39,895 nucleotides of DNA from an uncultured Hellea sp. (GCA_964418815.1 CAYQNQ010000003.1:5528-45422), one strand, 5' to 3'; shown: positions 7,698 through 16,645, numbered from the stretch's first letter. Notes: a model not told the origin generated them from the letters alone. Numbers and translations: made by a program.

Positions 7698-8999
7698 ATG
7701 GAACAATCCTTTTTGCTTCGCCATAGATTGAAACTGTTTATTGCTGTGCTCCTTTTGGGGTTTGTCTTGCTTTGGACTTTCGCCAAGACCAAAATGCAAA
7801 TGGTAGCGCTCTCGAATATGGAGGGCGTCGGTTATGCGCAGCTTACAAACACGTTCAGCAAAATGGGGGCTATTGTTGATGCCGAGACTGAGCCCGGATC
7901 CGTAGATAGAGCACAAGGTTATCGCTATGCGCTGCGGCAAATCGGGCAATGGGAAAGCCTGTTTTTTGGAGATTTCAATGCCCAGACGCCGACGATTTCC
8001 CGCTGTCCATCCCGGCCTTGCAAATACGGGTTTGATAACCCGGATACCACTTATTTGCTCATTGGCCCGCTTTCCAATCAAAACAGTTATATCATTCGAG
8101 GCCAGAAGGGCAGTGTTGCTTACACAACCTATCAGGTTTTCAGCATTGGCAGGGGCGACGGGTTTGGTGGCAGCAGCACTTTAGAAGACAGCCGCATCAG
8201 TTTTGATCAGGACGGGAGTTTTGAGCTTTTTCTGTCAAAATCCAATCCTGACAATTATCCTAATTTCATGGCGCTGCCGGACGGGTTCGGCGCGCAGCTC
8301 ATTGTGCGTCAGCTTTCGCGGGACTGGAATAGGGAAACGGAAAATGCTTTTGCCATCGACGTTCAAACCAGCAATCCGGACGAGCCTGCACCGCCCAAGC
8401 CCCTGAGCCTGCAGGCCTTTGACCGCAGAGCCATGGGACTGAATCGGTTTTTAAACCAGCAGTTCACCCAGTGGCGGGACCGGATTTCAAACGCGCCCGT
8501 CAACGCAATTGAGCACGGTAAAGCTGACCGCGCCGATGGCGGATTTCCGACAAATTTTACGTCTTATATGCGTTACGAAATCGGCAAAGGTGAGGGGCTG
8601 CTTATGGAGATTGAAAAGGTTGACGTGGTCTATGCCAATATTCAGTTGGCATCCCGATGGGCCGAGTCTTTGGTCTATCCGTCCCGAACGGCCTCGTTTA
8701 ATGATTTTCAGGCTTATCTTGATGCTGACGGTGTATATCGCTACGTGATTGCTACTGAAGACCCGGGTGTTCCGAACTGGCTGGATGCGACCGGTTTTCC
8801 GTCTGGCGGCGTGTTTATGCGCTGGCAAACGCCTGAAGGCGATATGCCTAAACCAAAAACCAAATTGATAAAACTTTCCGAGCTCCGTGAACACTTACCA
8901 GCGGCGCATCCAGAATTTACGTCCGCTCAAAGAGCGGAGCAGCTCCGCAAGCGGCACTCCGGGTTTTTACGCCGCCAAAGCCCCGTTTATTTTAAATAA
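7698..8999 (+). CDS. Membrane-anchored hypothetical protein (possibly DUF1214-like)
   Basis: 433 aa with an N-terminal hydrophobic anchor (LKLFIAVLLLGFVLLWTF). The segment GFDNPDTTYLLIGPL...YIIRG...YTTYQVFS resembles, from memory, the NPD..Y core of DUF1214 proteins. The family call is tentative. SD GGGGAA is present. Confidence 0.55.
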   Translation: MEQSFLLRHRLKLFIAVLLLGFVLLWTFAKTKMQMVALSNMEGVGYAQLTNTFSKMGAIVDAETEPGSVDRAQGYRYALRQIGQWESLFFGDFNAQTPTISRCPSRPCKYGFDNPDTTYLLIGPLSNQNSYIIRGQKGSVAYTTYQVFSIGRGDGFGGSSTLEDSRISFDQDGSFELFLSKSNPDNYPNFMALPDGFGAQLIVRQLSRDWNRETENAFAIDVQTSNPDEPAPPKPLSLQAFDRRAMGLNRFLNQQFTQWRDRISNAPVNAIEHGKADRADGGFPTNFTSYMRYEIGKGEGLLMEIEKVDVVYANIQLASRWAESLVYPSRTASFNDFQAYLDADGVYRYVIATEDPGVPNWLDATGFPSGGVFMRWQTPEGDMPKPKTKLIKLSELREHLPAAHPEFTSAQRAEQLRKRHSGFLRRQSPVYFK

Positions 9000-10073
9000 T
9001 TATTCTGCGGCTTCAGGCCAGGGGTGTTTCACCGTGCCTTTGGTTGGGTAGGTTCCATTGACCGCATCTTGATATTTCTTAGCGTCTTTACGCGGATTAT
9101 AGAACTGCTTGTACCAGGTCCGAGTTTTGCCGAACGGACCGTCGCCCGGAACCTGCATGACTTGCAGACAAGGCTGCTTATTGGCCCAGACATCAAAGTC
9201 CTGATACAGCGCGGCGCGCGACATTTCTTGATAGGCGGCTATGGCGCCGACGTCTTCTTCTGACGGCGGGAAATTCGGCGGTTCGACCATAAGGGCGTGC
9301 CAGGCGTGTACGGTTCCGTCTTCAACCGGTGTATGGGCGACCAGCATGATTGAGTTGTAATAGCCGCTCATGGCGCTCATCAGCAGGCCGGGCCCTGTAT
9401 ACCATGTGTCATTGACCAAGATATCATCTGATAAAGTCTTGTGGCCTGCGGCCAATTTTTGCCAGACCCGATGATCCTCATAAACGTTTTCAAAATACTG
9501 TATGTCTTGTGATCCATGGATGGGCTCAAGATGGGCTTTGTCCGTAATATTGTCGATGACCTCCTGGGAATGACAATTCAGTCCGCCCAAATCATCAATC
9601 TTCCAATTGACCCATTTTTCATCGTCCCATTCCGGAAGCGGATGTGGTTCGTAATCCGGCTCTAATTCTTCATCGTCATGCCACATTAAAACCAGTCCGC
9701 CCCATTCACGGGTCGGGAAGCTGCGAATTTTTGCGGCCTTGGGAATGGGCGCAGGTGAGTATGGAATTTCATTGCACTTGCCATCGGGACCAAATTTCCA
9801 GCCGTGATAGGGACAGCGAATATCATCTCCGTCAACTTGCTTGCCGTCCATGACAACGTATGAAGTTGTGTTCTTGGCGAGGTGGGTTTTCATGTGCGGG
9901 CAGTACGCGTCCATGACGACAACCTTGCCGCTGGCACCGCGATACATAATCATGTCGCGGCCAAAATATCTCAGCGAAACCGGTTTGTTGGTCGCGTTTT
10001 CGGCTTCGCCCACGACGAACCAACCGCGCGGGAAGGTGAACTCGCCAATGCCATAGTCTTCAGTGGTCGCCAT
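9000..10073 (-). CDS. Rieske [2Fe-2S] non-heme-iron oxygenase, alpha-subunit type (KshA-like)
   Basis: 357 aa. Rieske motif is CPHMKTH...(x)...CPYHGWKF. The mononuclear iron motif is D-x2-H-x4-H (DKAHLEPIH) after NCHSQE. SD GAAGGGAG is present. No reductase or ferredoxin partner gene lies nearby. Confidence 0.85.
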   Translation of the reverse strand: MATTEDYGIGEFTFPRGWFVVGEAENATNKPVSLRYFGRDMIMYRGASGKVVVMDAYCPHMKTHLAKNTTSYVVMDGKQVDGDDIRCPYHGWKFGPDGKCNEIPYSPAPIPKAAKIRSFPTREWGGLVLMWHDDEELEPDYEPHPLPEWDDEKWVNWKIDDLGGLNCHSQEVIDNITDKAHLEPIHGSQDIQYFENVYEDHRVWQKLAAGHKTLSDDILVNDTWYTGPGLLMSAMSGYYNSIMLVAHTPVEDGTVHAWHALMVEPPNFPPSEEDVGAIAAYQEMSRAALYQDFDVWANKQPCLQVMQVPGDGPFGKTRTWYKQFYNPRKDAKKYQDAVNGTYPTKGTVKHPWPEAAE

Positions 10074-10159
10074 TAGGAACTCCCTTCAAATTCAATTTCA
10101 TCAATTTTGCGCCAAAATTCTACGCAGTTCAAGCCTGTTACGCCGTCATCGTGCCTTTT

Positions 10160-10189
10160 TGCGTAGTAAATTAGCGATTTTTCTACGCG
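10160..10189. promoter_or_regulatory. 7-N16-7 inverted repeat TGCGTAG-N16-CTACGCG (candidate operator, copy B) upstream of the Rieske oxygenase gene
   Basis: Read directly: TGCGTAG at 10160-10166 and CTACGCG at 10183-10189, with a 16-nt spacer. An extra half-site CTACGCA lies at 10120-10126. Confidence 0.45.
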
Positions 10190-10190
10190 G

Positions 10191-10964
10191 TTACAGTCCG
10201 TACCCGCCTGACACGTTGATTTGCTGGCCCGTAATGTAGGCGGCTCTATTAGATGTCAGAAATATAGCCGCGTTGGCGATCTCTTCCGGTTGACCCCAGC
10301 GTTTCAGAGCCAAATTCTTCTGAACTTCGGTCACCCATTCTTCTGTGAACACACCTTGCTTGGTTAGCTCTAAAAACATGCCGGCTTCAATCACCCCAAC
10401 TAAAACAGAATTGGCCCGGATATTGTGGACGCCTTCTTCGCGGGCAATCCCTTTGACCAGACTTTCATTGGCGGCTTTGGGCGCGACCGATAAAACGTCT
10501 TTTGGCGGAAAACTCACATCTCCGGCAGAACCGAGGTGAACGAAAGAGCCGCCGCCTTTTTCGCGCATATGATTGATAAGGATCTTGGTAGCTTGGTAAA
10601 ATCCGTGAACCTCTACGTCAACGGCCTTCTTCCACTGCTCGAAAGATGACTCTTCAATGAGAACCTGTTCCACAAGCGGTCCGGCGCCCCAGACCATGGA
10701 ATGAATACGGCCATGTTGTTTTATGGCGTCTTTGATGGCCGCTTGCAGCGCCTTCGGATCTGTCACGTCGCATTGATGACGCGTCGCCTTTGAGCCCGCT
10801 GCCTCGATTTCGGCGGCGACCTCTTTGGAAAGATCCTCTTTCGTCCGGTACATGACGGCGACATCGCTGCCGGATTTACCAAATTCACGCGCCACGATTT
10901 TGCCGATACCGCCCGTCGCGCCAAATACCATGGTTGCGCCGCTCGGAAACAAAACTTCTGACAT
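10191..10964 (-). CDS. SDR family oxidoreductase
   Basis: 257 aa. It has the Rossmann motif GATGGIGKIVA, a classical SDR length, and a C-terminal ...YITGQQINVSGGYGL signature. Confidence 0.85.
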   Translation of the reverse strand: MSEVLFPSGATMVFGATGGIGKIVAREFGKSGSDVAVMYRTKEDLSKEVAAEIEAAGSKATRHQCDVTDPKALQAAIKDAIKQHGRIHSMVWGAGPLVEQVLIEESSFEQWKKAVDVEVHGFYQATKILINHMREKGGGSFVHLGSAGDVSFPPKDVLSVAPKAANESLVKGIAREEGVHNIRANSVLVGVIEAGMFLELTKQGVFTEEWVTEVQKNLALKRWGQPEEIANAAIFLTSNRAAYITGQQINVSGGYGL

Positions 10965-10968
10965 AGAT

Positions 10969-10990
10969 CCTCCCTCTAATCAGGGGGAGG
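10969..10990 (-). promoter_or_regulatory. Hairpin able to sequester the SDR Shine-Dalgarno sequence
   Basis: The minus-strand mRNA reads CCUCCCCCUGAUUAGAGGGAGGAUCU-AUG. CCUCCC can pair with GGGAGG, which is the SD located 4 nt before the start codon. Confidence 0.3.
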
Positions 10991-11042
10991 CTATCATTAT
11001 TTCGGCGTCTTGCCCAATGTTTCTAGGAGGAGATATTTTCCT

Positions 11043-11510
11043 TCACGATGCTTCGGAAGTTTTTGAATTGGTCATCTTCGCCGCAATCCAAAATATCAGT
11101 GCCATGCCCGCATAGCCGAGGATAAAATGGGCAATGTCCAAACCCCACAAATGGAGAGATTGACCCGCGAATAGTACCGCATTGCCCAGAACAGGCGTAG
11201 CAATCAGAACCGAAATGATGGCGGCCACAATCTGGAAGTCCCAAAAGGATTTAGCCCGAGAGATTTTGCATAAAAAGTAAAGGGCACCGGCTTGGACGAA
11301 ACTGATAAAATAGCTGAGGAATGTCTGAATGTGTCCTCTTTGTTCAGAAATTCCAATCAGCTCAACCTCGGTTCGTCCTATCAATCCTTGCCAAACATCA
11401 TCGAAAACGGTCGCGTACCAGAGGTAGCCCCATAGGGTAAACGCCAGGCTCGCCAGAAATACCGTAACTAGAGCGAACAAACCTTTTGATGAGAATAAAG
11501 AGTGTAACAT
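11043..11510 (-). CDS. Small integral membrane protein (possibly DUF1761-like)
   Basis: About 155 aa from the ATG at 11510 (the ORF track begins at a TTG at 11522). It has four hydrophobic helices. The N-terminal ...GYLWYATVFDDVWQ resembles the DUF1761 signature from memory. Confidence 0.6.
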   Translation of the reverse strand: MLHSLFSSKGLFALVTVFLASLAFTLWGYLWYATVFDDVWQGLIGRTEVELIGISEQRGHIQTFLSYFISFVQAGALYFLCKISRAKSFWDFQIVAAIISVLIATPVLGNAVLFAGQSLHLWGLDIAHFILGYAGMALIFWIAAKMTNSKTSEAS

Positions 11511-11679
11511 GATGTGAGCCAAGCAAAGCTTATGCCTAGAAGAATACTTTCACTGAATTGTGAAGAGCCCTGGATAAAAACGGGTATTTTGCTTTGAAAT
11601 TTTCAGGCATGTTTCATTTCGGGATTTAACCAAACATTATCTAATCTCGTGTAGGCCTGCCTCATAATAAAACAATAAT

Positions 11680-13479
11680 TTGGTGGTATTGGTGGCTAAG
11701 AATCGTTCAAACGATCGGCCCAAACGGCGTGCGAACCTTGTTAAAAGGGCGCGGCGATTGGTGAAAAAAGACTTGCGGGGCGTTGCTGCCTTCAGTCTGG
11801 TAATTAATATACTTATGTTGACCGGTCCGATCTATATGCTTCAAGTCTATGATCGTATTCTGACCAGTCGCAGTATGGCGACTTTGATCGCGATTACAGT
11901 CCTTATGGTCGGGCTTTTTGCGGCGATGGGTTTTCTTGAAATGTTCCGCTCAAAGGTTTTGGCGCGAACCGGACTTAAGTTTGAGCAAACTCTGGGCCCG
12001 GATACGCTGCGTCTTTGGCTTCTGCGCGGAAACAGTTTCCCCAAAGGTATGCCGTCGCCAATGCGGGATGTTGCCAATATACGCCGGTTTTTATCCAGTT
12101 CGGCTCCCGGATCGTTTTTTGATATCCCGTGGACGCCAATATATCTGGCTATTATTTTTCTTTTGCACCCGCTTTTGGGCGTATTGGGATTGATCGGCGC
12201 GATTATTTTAATCGCGGTATCCGTAATTAATGACCGCGCTGTGCGCAAAACCACAAAAGATGTCGCCGAACTCACTGCCGAGCAGGAAGTTCTCGCCCAT
12301 CAGGGCCATGAAAGCTATGAAACTGTGCTGTCCATGGGCATGCGACCGCAAATCGTGGACAAGTGGACGGAGCTCAGCGGCCGTGAACAACGGGCCGTAT
12401 TAAAGGCTGCCGACACGACAGGCGCGGCGCTGGCATTCTCCAAATCTTTTCGCATGACTATTCAGTCGGCTATTTTGGGCCTGGGCGCAGCATTAGCGCT
12501 ACAGCAAATCGTCAGTCCCGGCGCCATGATTGCCGCTTCGATCCTGCTGGGCCGGGCGCTTGCGCCGGTTCAGACAGTTCTGGGGCAGTGGCAGCAATTT
12601 AAAGGTTCATTGCAAAGCTATAAACGCCTTAAAAAATTCCACGACGTGGCGGCTGAAAATCAGACAGATACAAATCTGCCGCGCCCGCAAGGCCATTTGA
12701 GCGTGGAACAGGTTGTCGCAACGCCGCCCGGCGTTAAAAAACATGTTTTAAAGGGTGTCTCCTTTAAACTGGCCCCCGGTCATTCCATGGCGATTATCGG
12801 TCCCAGCGCGTCGGGTAAATCTTCGCTCGCCAAGCTCCTGGTTGGATTATGGATGCCTATGGGCGGAAAAGTCCGTCTGGATGGCGCCACGATGGACCAG
12901 TGGGACAAAGACCTTCTGGGGACTTACATCGGATATCTGCCGCAAAATGTGACGCTCTTTAGCGGCACTATTGGACAAAACATCGCGCGCTTTAACCCGT
13001 TGGCTACCGAAGCCGAAATCATAGCTGCCGCGCAAGAGGCTGGCGTTCATAATATGATCCTGCGTCTGCCAGGCGGGTATGATATGCAGGTGAGAGCCAG
13101 CGGTGAAAACCTGTCCGGCGGCCAAATTCAGCTGATCGGTTTGGCCCGCGCCATGTTTGGCCGCCCAAGCCTGGTTGTTCTGGACGAACCCAACTCTAAT
13201 CTCGACAGCAAAGGTGAACACGTCCTCAGAGAGGCGATCATGAGGCTTAAAAGCCGCGGAGCCAGCATTGTGGTGATTGCCCACAGAGCTGGTATTCTCA
13301 ACTCTATGGACTATCTCCTAGTGCTGGAAGAGGGCAAACAAGTTGCCTTCGGATTGCGTCAGGGCGTTCTTAAATATCTGAATGCGCGCCAAAACCCCGG
13401 CGCGCAGCCAAAAGGACAGCTGCCGCTAACAGCTCCGAGAGTTCCATCCAGTCCGGTTAGTAAAGGGGCGCAATCATGA
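11680..13479 (+). CDS. Type I secretion system permease/ATPase (PrtD/AprD/RsaD type, no C39 peptidase domain)
   Basis: 599 aa with a TTG start. The N-terminal TMD carries LTGPIYMLQVYDRILTS. The NBD has Walker A GPSASGKSS, signature LSGGQ and Walker B LVVLDEP. Confidence 0.9.
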   Translation: MVVLVAKNRSNDRPKRRANLVKRARRLVKKDLRGVAAFSLVINILMLTGPIYMLQVYDRILTSRSMATLIAITVLMVGLFAAMGFLEMFRSKVLARTGLKFEQTLGPDTLRLWLLRGNSFPKGMPSPMRDVANIRRFLSSSAPGSFFDIPWTPIYLAIIFLLHPLLGVLGLIGAIILIAVSVINDRAVRKTTKDVAELTAEQEVLAHQGHESYETVLSMGMRPQIVDKWTELSGREQRAVLKAADTTGAALAFSKSFRMTIQSAILGLGAALALQQIVSPGAMIAASILLGRALAPVQTVLGQWQQFKGSLQSYKRLKKFHDVAAENQTDTNLPRPQGHLSVEQVVATPPGVKKHVLKGVSFKLAPGHSMAIIGPSASGKSSLAKLLVGLWMPMGGKVRLDGATMDQWDKDLLGTYIGYLPQNVTLFSGTIGQNIARFNPLATEAEIIAAAQEAGVHNMILRLPGGYDMQVRASGENLSGGQIQLIGLARAMFGRPSLVVLDEPNSNLDSKGEHVLREAIMRLKSRGASIVVIAHRAGILNSMDYLLVLEEGKQVAFGLRQGVLKYLNARQNPGAQPKGQLPLTAPRVPSSPVSKGAQS

Positions 13480-14792
13480 AGGAACATTATCCAGAATTTG
13501 CCCGCAATCTGACGCGGACAAACCGATATTTAAGCGGCGGTGTTGTGCTTATGGGCGTGCTGGCCATAGGCGTTGTTGGCTGGTCGCTTTTGTTTAAAAT
13601 ACAAAACGGTATCATCGCGCCGGGAACGGTCACAATCGAAGGCGAAACAAAAACTATTCAGCATCTGGACGGCGGAACAATACGTCAGGTCCATGTCAAA
13701 GACGGCGATACTGTCAATATCGGCGACCCATTGGTTACGCTGGATACCACTTTACTCAATTCCAATCAGACCCAGTGGACACGGCAAAGACTTGATCTCA
13801 TGGGCCAGATTGCGCGGCTCGAAGCTGAAAACAACAATCATAGCCGAATTTCGTTTCCTTCGGAATTGTTGGCCAAGGGGTCCAATCTGGACGTCAAATC
13901 GATTTTATCTAATCAAGTCAGTATTTTCGAAGCGCGCCGGGCCGTGGCCGGGGCATCTCAAGAACAGGTCAATCAGCGCCGTCTGCAGTTTGATAGTCGC
14001 CGCGACAGCCTGATCAAACAGGCTCAGGTTCAGCAGGATCAGCTCAGAATTCTTGATAACGAACTTGTACGTCTCAAACGCGGACTCGATCTGGGCGTTG
14101 TCGCTCAAGTGCAATATAACGCTAAAGACCGTGAGCGCATTTCTATTCAGGGCCAGATCGCGACCTTCAATACGGAACTGGCCAATATTGATAATCAAAT
14201 CCGCGAGACCTATTCCAGCTTTGAACAAACTATTCAGGAGCGCGAAGAGCGCGTTCATGTGGAGCTTCGGGATGCGCGCTCTGCATTGGCTGATGTCACG
14301 CAAAAATTGCAAACTCTTGACTACAGGCTCACCAACTCAGTGATTACGTCGCCGGTCGCCGGTTTGGTGCACAATCTTCAGCTTACGACCGTGAACGGCG
14401 TTGTGAAACCGGGCGAAACACTGCTGCAAATCGTGCCGGACAGTAATATCTACAGTATCAAAGCTAGTGTTAGCCCAAATGACATTGATCAGATTTATTC
14501 CGGTCAGGAAGCCATGGTGCGGTTTTCAGCCTTTAACCAGACAACGACGCCGCTTGTCGCCGGGACTGTAAGCTATAAGCCTGCGGATCATACGATCGAT
14601 CAATATACGGGCCAGCCCTTTTTCGAAGTAAAAGTTAATGTGACTCCGGAGGAGTTTAAACAGCTTGATGGACTGACTGTTCAGGCCGGTATGCCTTCGG
14701 AAGTTTATATACAAACGCAAGAGCGTTCTGTAGCCAGCTATCTCGTTAAACCCGTTAAAGATGCCATGACAAGGATTGGGCAATCCGAGTAA
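13476..14792 (+). CDS. HlyD family type I secretion periplasmic adaptor
   Basis: 438 aa. An ATGA overlap links it to the ABC gene. It has an N-terminal TM anchor, the motif TIQHLDGGTIRQVHVKDGDTV, a long coiled-coil region and a C-terminal beta domain. Confidence 0.9.
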   Translation: MKEHYPEFARNLTRTNRYLSGGVVLMGVLAIGVVGWSLLFKIQNGIIAPGTVTIEGETKTIQHLDGGTIRQVHVKDGDTVNIGDPLVTLDTTLLNSNQTQWTRQRLDLMGQIARLEAENNNHSRISFPSELLAKGSNLDVKSILSNQVSIFEARRAVAGASQEQVNQRRLQFDSRRDSLIKQAQVQQDQLRILDNELVRLKRGLDLGVVAQVQYNAKDRERISIQGQIATFNTELANIDNQIRETYSSFEQTIQEREERVHVELRDARSALADVTQKLQTLDYRLTNSVITSPVAGLVHNLQLTTVNGVVKPGETLLQIVPDSNIYSIKASVSPNDIDQIYSGQEAMVRFSAFNQTTTPLVAGTVSYKPADHTIDQYTGQPFFEVKVNVTPEEFKQLDGLTVQAGMPSEVYIQTQERSVASYLVKPVKDAMTRIGQSE

Positions 14793-16507
14793 TGCGCAGG
14801 CTTATTACATTTTTCCTCAGTACAACGCTATTGATGGGCGCTAATGCTGAAGCCATTTCGCTGAAAGATGCGCTGGAGGCAGCGTATCAGAGCAATCCGG
14901 AAATAATGGCTTATCGCGCCCGATTGGCAGCGGCGGACGAGACCTACAACCTGGCCAAGGCGCAGGGCGGACTATCTCTTAATCTGGAAGGTTTTTACGG
15001 GGCGAGCCGGCGCAAACGATCAACCATATTTTCCAATCAGACCATTCAGGAAGAAGATGTTGGCGGGGAACTTGGCCTGTCTCTGAGCAAGCCCATTTAT
15101 CAGGGCGGCCGGGTCAAAGCGCTTAAGGAACAATCCGAAGCGGACATAGAAGGCGCGCGTCAACAGCTTCGCACCGCGCAGCAAAGAGTTTTTCTAGAGA
15201 CGACAACTTCCTATATTGACGTGGTTTTTGATCAGGACGTCTTAAGCCTTCAGCAAAAACACAAAGTGATTTTAACAGAGATGGAAAATCTCGTCACAAC
15301 CCGGGAAGAAATTGGCGTTGGCACGGAAACAGATATCTGGCGGATTAAGTCTCGCGCTTCCGCCATTGAGGGCGATATAACCCGGGCTGAAACGAATTTG
15401 CGCGTCGCAGAAACAGTATTCAATCAGGCGACAGGCCGACCTGCCGAAAATATGAGCTGGACTCGTAGCCTGTCAGTCCCCTCGACTATTGAAGGCGCTT
15501 TGCAATTGGCGCGCCGGAACAATCCGATCCTTTTTGAAGCCTTGTCTCGCGAAGATTCGGCCAAAGCGGCGATTAATGTGGCAAAGTCGGCCTATAAGCC
15601 ATCGCTCGCCATTGTCGGCAATTCGTTCATTACAGACGAATCGCTCGAAGATTACCGGAGTTATGACATTGACGGCGTGACGGTGGGGCTGAACCTGCGC
15701 ATGCCGATTTTAAACGGCGGCGCGACCAAGGCCCGCGTTAATTCCGCCAAGCATCAACTGGCTTCCCGCAGGTTTGAGACGGCTTTGGTTGAAAGGTCGA
15801 TCAAATCCTCTGTGGAACAGGCGTGGGCTCAACATCAAGGCGCCCAGACAGTCCGCGATTCTATTGAGCGCCGCATGGACAATGCAGACAAAACCTACCG
15901 GAATATCAAAATAGAATTTGAACTGGGAACGCGAACTATATTTGATGTGGTCGAAGCAGAGCAGGATTATCTCAATTCACAGGTTGAGTATCTGCAAAGT
16001 AAGCGTGACGCTGAGCAGGCTGCAGCGCTTTTGCTGGCATCCATGGGGATGACCGATACCATTCCGCATATTCTTCAGGTTCCGCCAAGCGGCAGTCAGC
16101 AAACGGCTTCGCCGGAATATGCGACGCTGAGCAAAGTCGATTCTCCGATTGAATTAAACCGCCCTGTTATTGTCTCCCAGGCAATACAGGCACCAACGCC
16201 TGTTTACCGGATGAAGCCTGAACAAAAGCAGCAGGTATTTGCGCCTCAGATCAAAACCGAACCCACATCGGATTTGGGGCTTCGCCTGCGTTCTGGGATA
16301 CAGTCAAAGGTCATGAAGGCGCCTGTCGTCGTTAGGCGCGTCGCCGCACCTCAGCCGAGCCGGGAACAAATATTCGCAAGTGTTAGCGCAACAGATGCGC
16401 CGTCATCTTTGGGCCGCGGAATTCCTGTGATTGTCCGGCCCGTTCAGCCTAGGCCAACACTGCGAAGAGGCCCTGTGCCGGTCATATTGCGGCACTCGCT
16501 CGACTGA
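14792..16507 (+). CDS. TolC family outer membrane protein with a ~150-aa Pro/Val/Gln-rich C-terminal extension
   Basis: 571 aa. A TAATG overlap links it to the adaptor gene. Signal peptide ends ...GANAEA. It opens with the TolC start SLKDALEAAYQSNPEIMAYRARL, and a duplicated helical-repeat architecture runs to about residue 425. Confidence 0.85.
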   Translation: MRRLITFFLSTTLLMGANAEAISLKDALEAAYQSNPEIMAYRARLAAADETYNLAKAQGGLSLNLEGFYGASRRKRSTIFSNQTIQEEDVGGELGLSLSKPIYQGGRVKALKEQSEADIEGARQQLRTAQQRVFLETTTSYIDVVFDQDVLSLQQKHKVILTEMENLVTTREEIGVGTETDIWRIKSRASAIEGDITRAETNLRVAETVFNQATGRPAENMSWTRSLSVPSTIEGALQLARRNNPILFEALSREDSAKAAINVAKSAYKPSLAIVGNSFITDESLEDYRSYDIDGVTVGLNLRMPILNGGATKARVNSAKHQLASRRFETALVERSIKSSVEQAWAQHQGAQTVRDSIERRMDNADKTYRNIKIEFELGTRTIFDVVEAEQDYLNSQVEYLQSKRDAEQAAALLLASMGMTDTIPHILQVPPSGSQQTASPEYATLSKVDSPIELNRPVIVSQAIQAPTPVYRMKPEQKQQVFAPQIKTEPTSDLGLRLRSGIQSKVMKAPVVVRRVAAPQPSREQIFASVSATDAPSSLGRGIPVIVRPVQPRPTLRRGPVPVILRHSLD

Positions 16508-16582
16508 TTCCCCTTCCAATTTACCTGAATAGTCCCGGCTTCCATCCGCGAACTTATGCTGTTTGAACAGCCAAATATATCG

Positions 16583-16645
16583 AAAAACAAGAATAATATA
16601 TAAATAAACAATAAAATATTATTGAAAAACAATAAAAATTAGCGT
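16583..16645. repeat. Three tandem imperfect 21-bp A-tract units (AAAAACAAnAATAA...) in the AT-rich gap upstream of the RND operon
   Basis: Read directly: the AAAC core C residues fall at 16588, 16609 and 16630, exactly 21 bp apart. AAACAATAAAA is identical at 16606-16616 and 16627-16637. Confidence 0.5.

Noticed and set aside
11847-13284. Antisense or nested ORFs of 60-145 aa inside the T1SS ABC gene, with similar nested ORFs inside the TBDR, RND, GT2 and response-regulator genes
   Set aside because: All lie within long ORFs that carry clear family motifs in another frame or strand. They have no independent motif or start context, so they are typical shadow ORFs.
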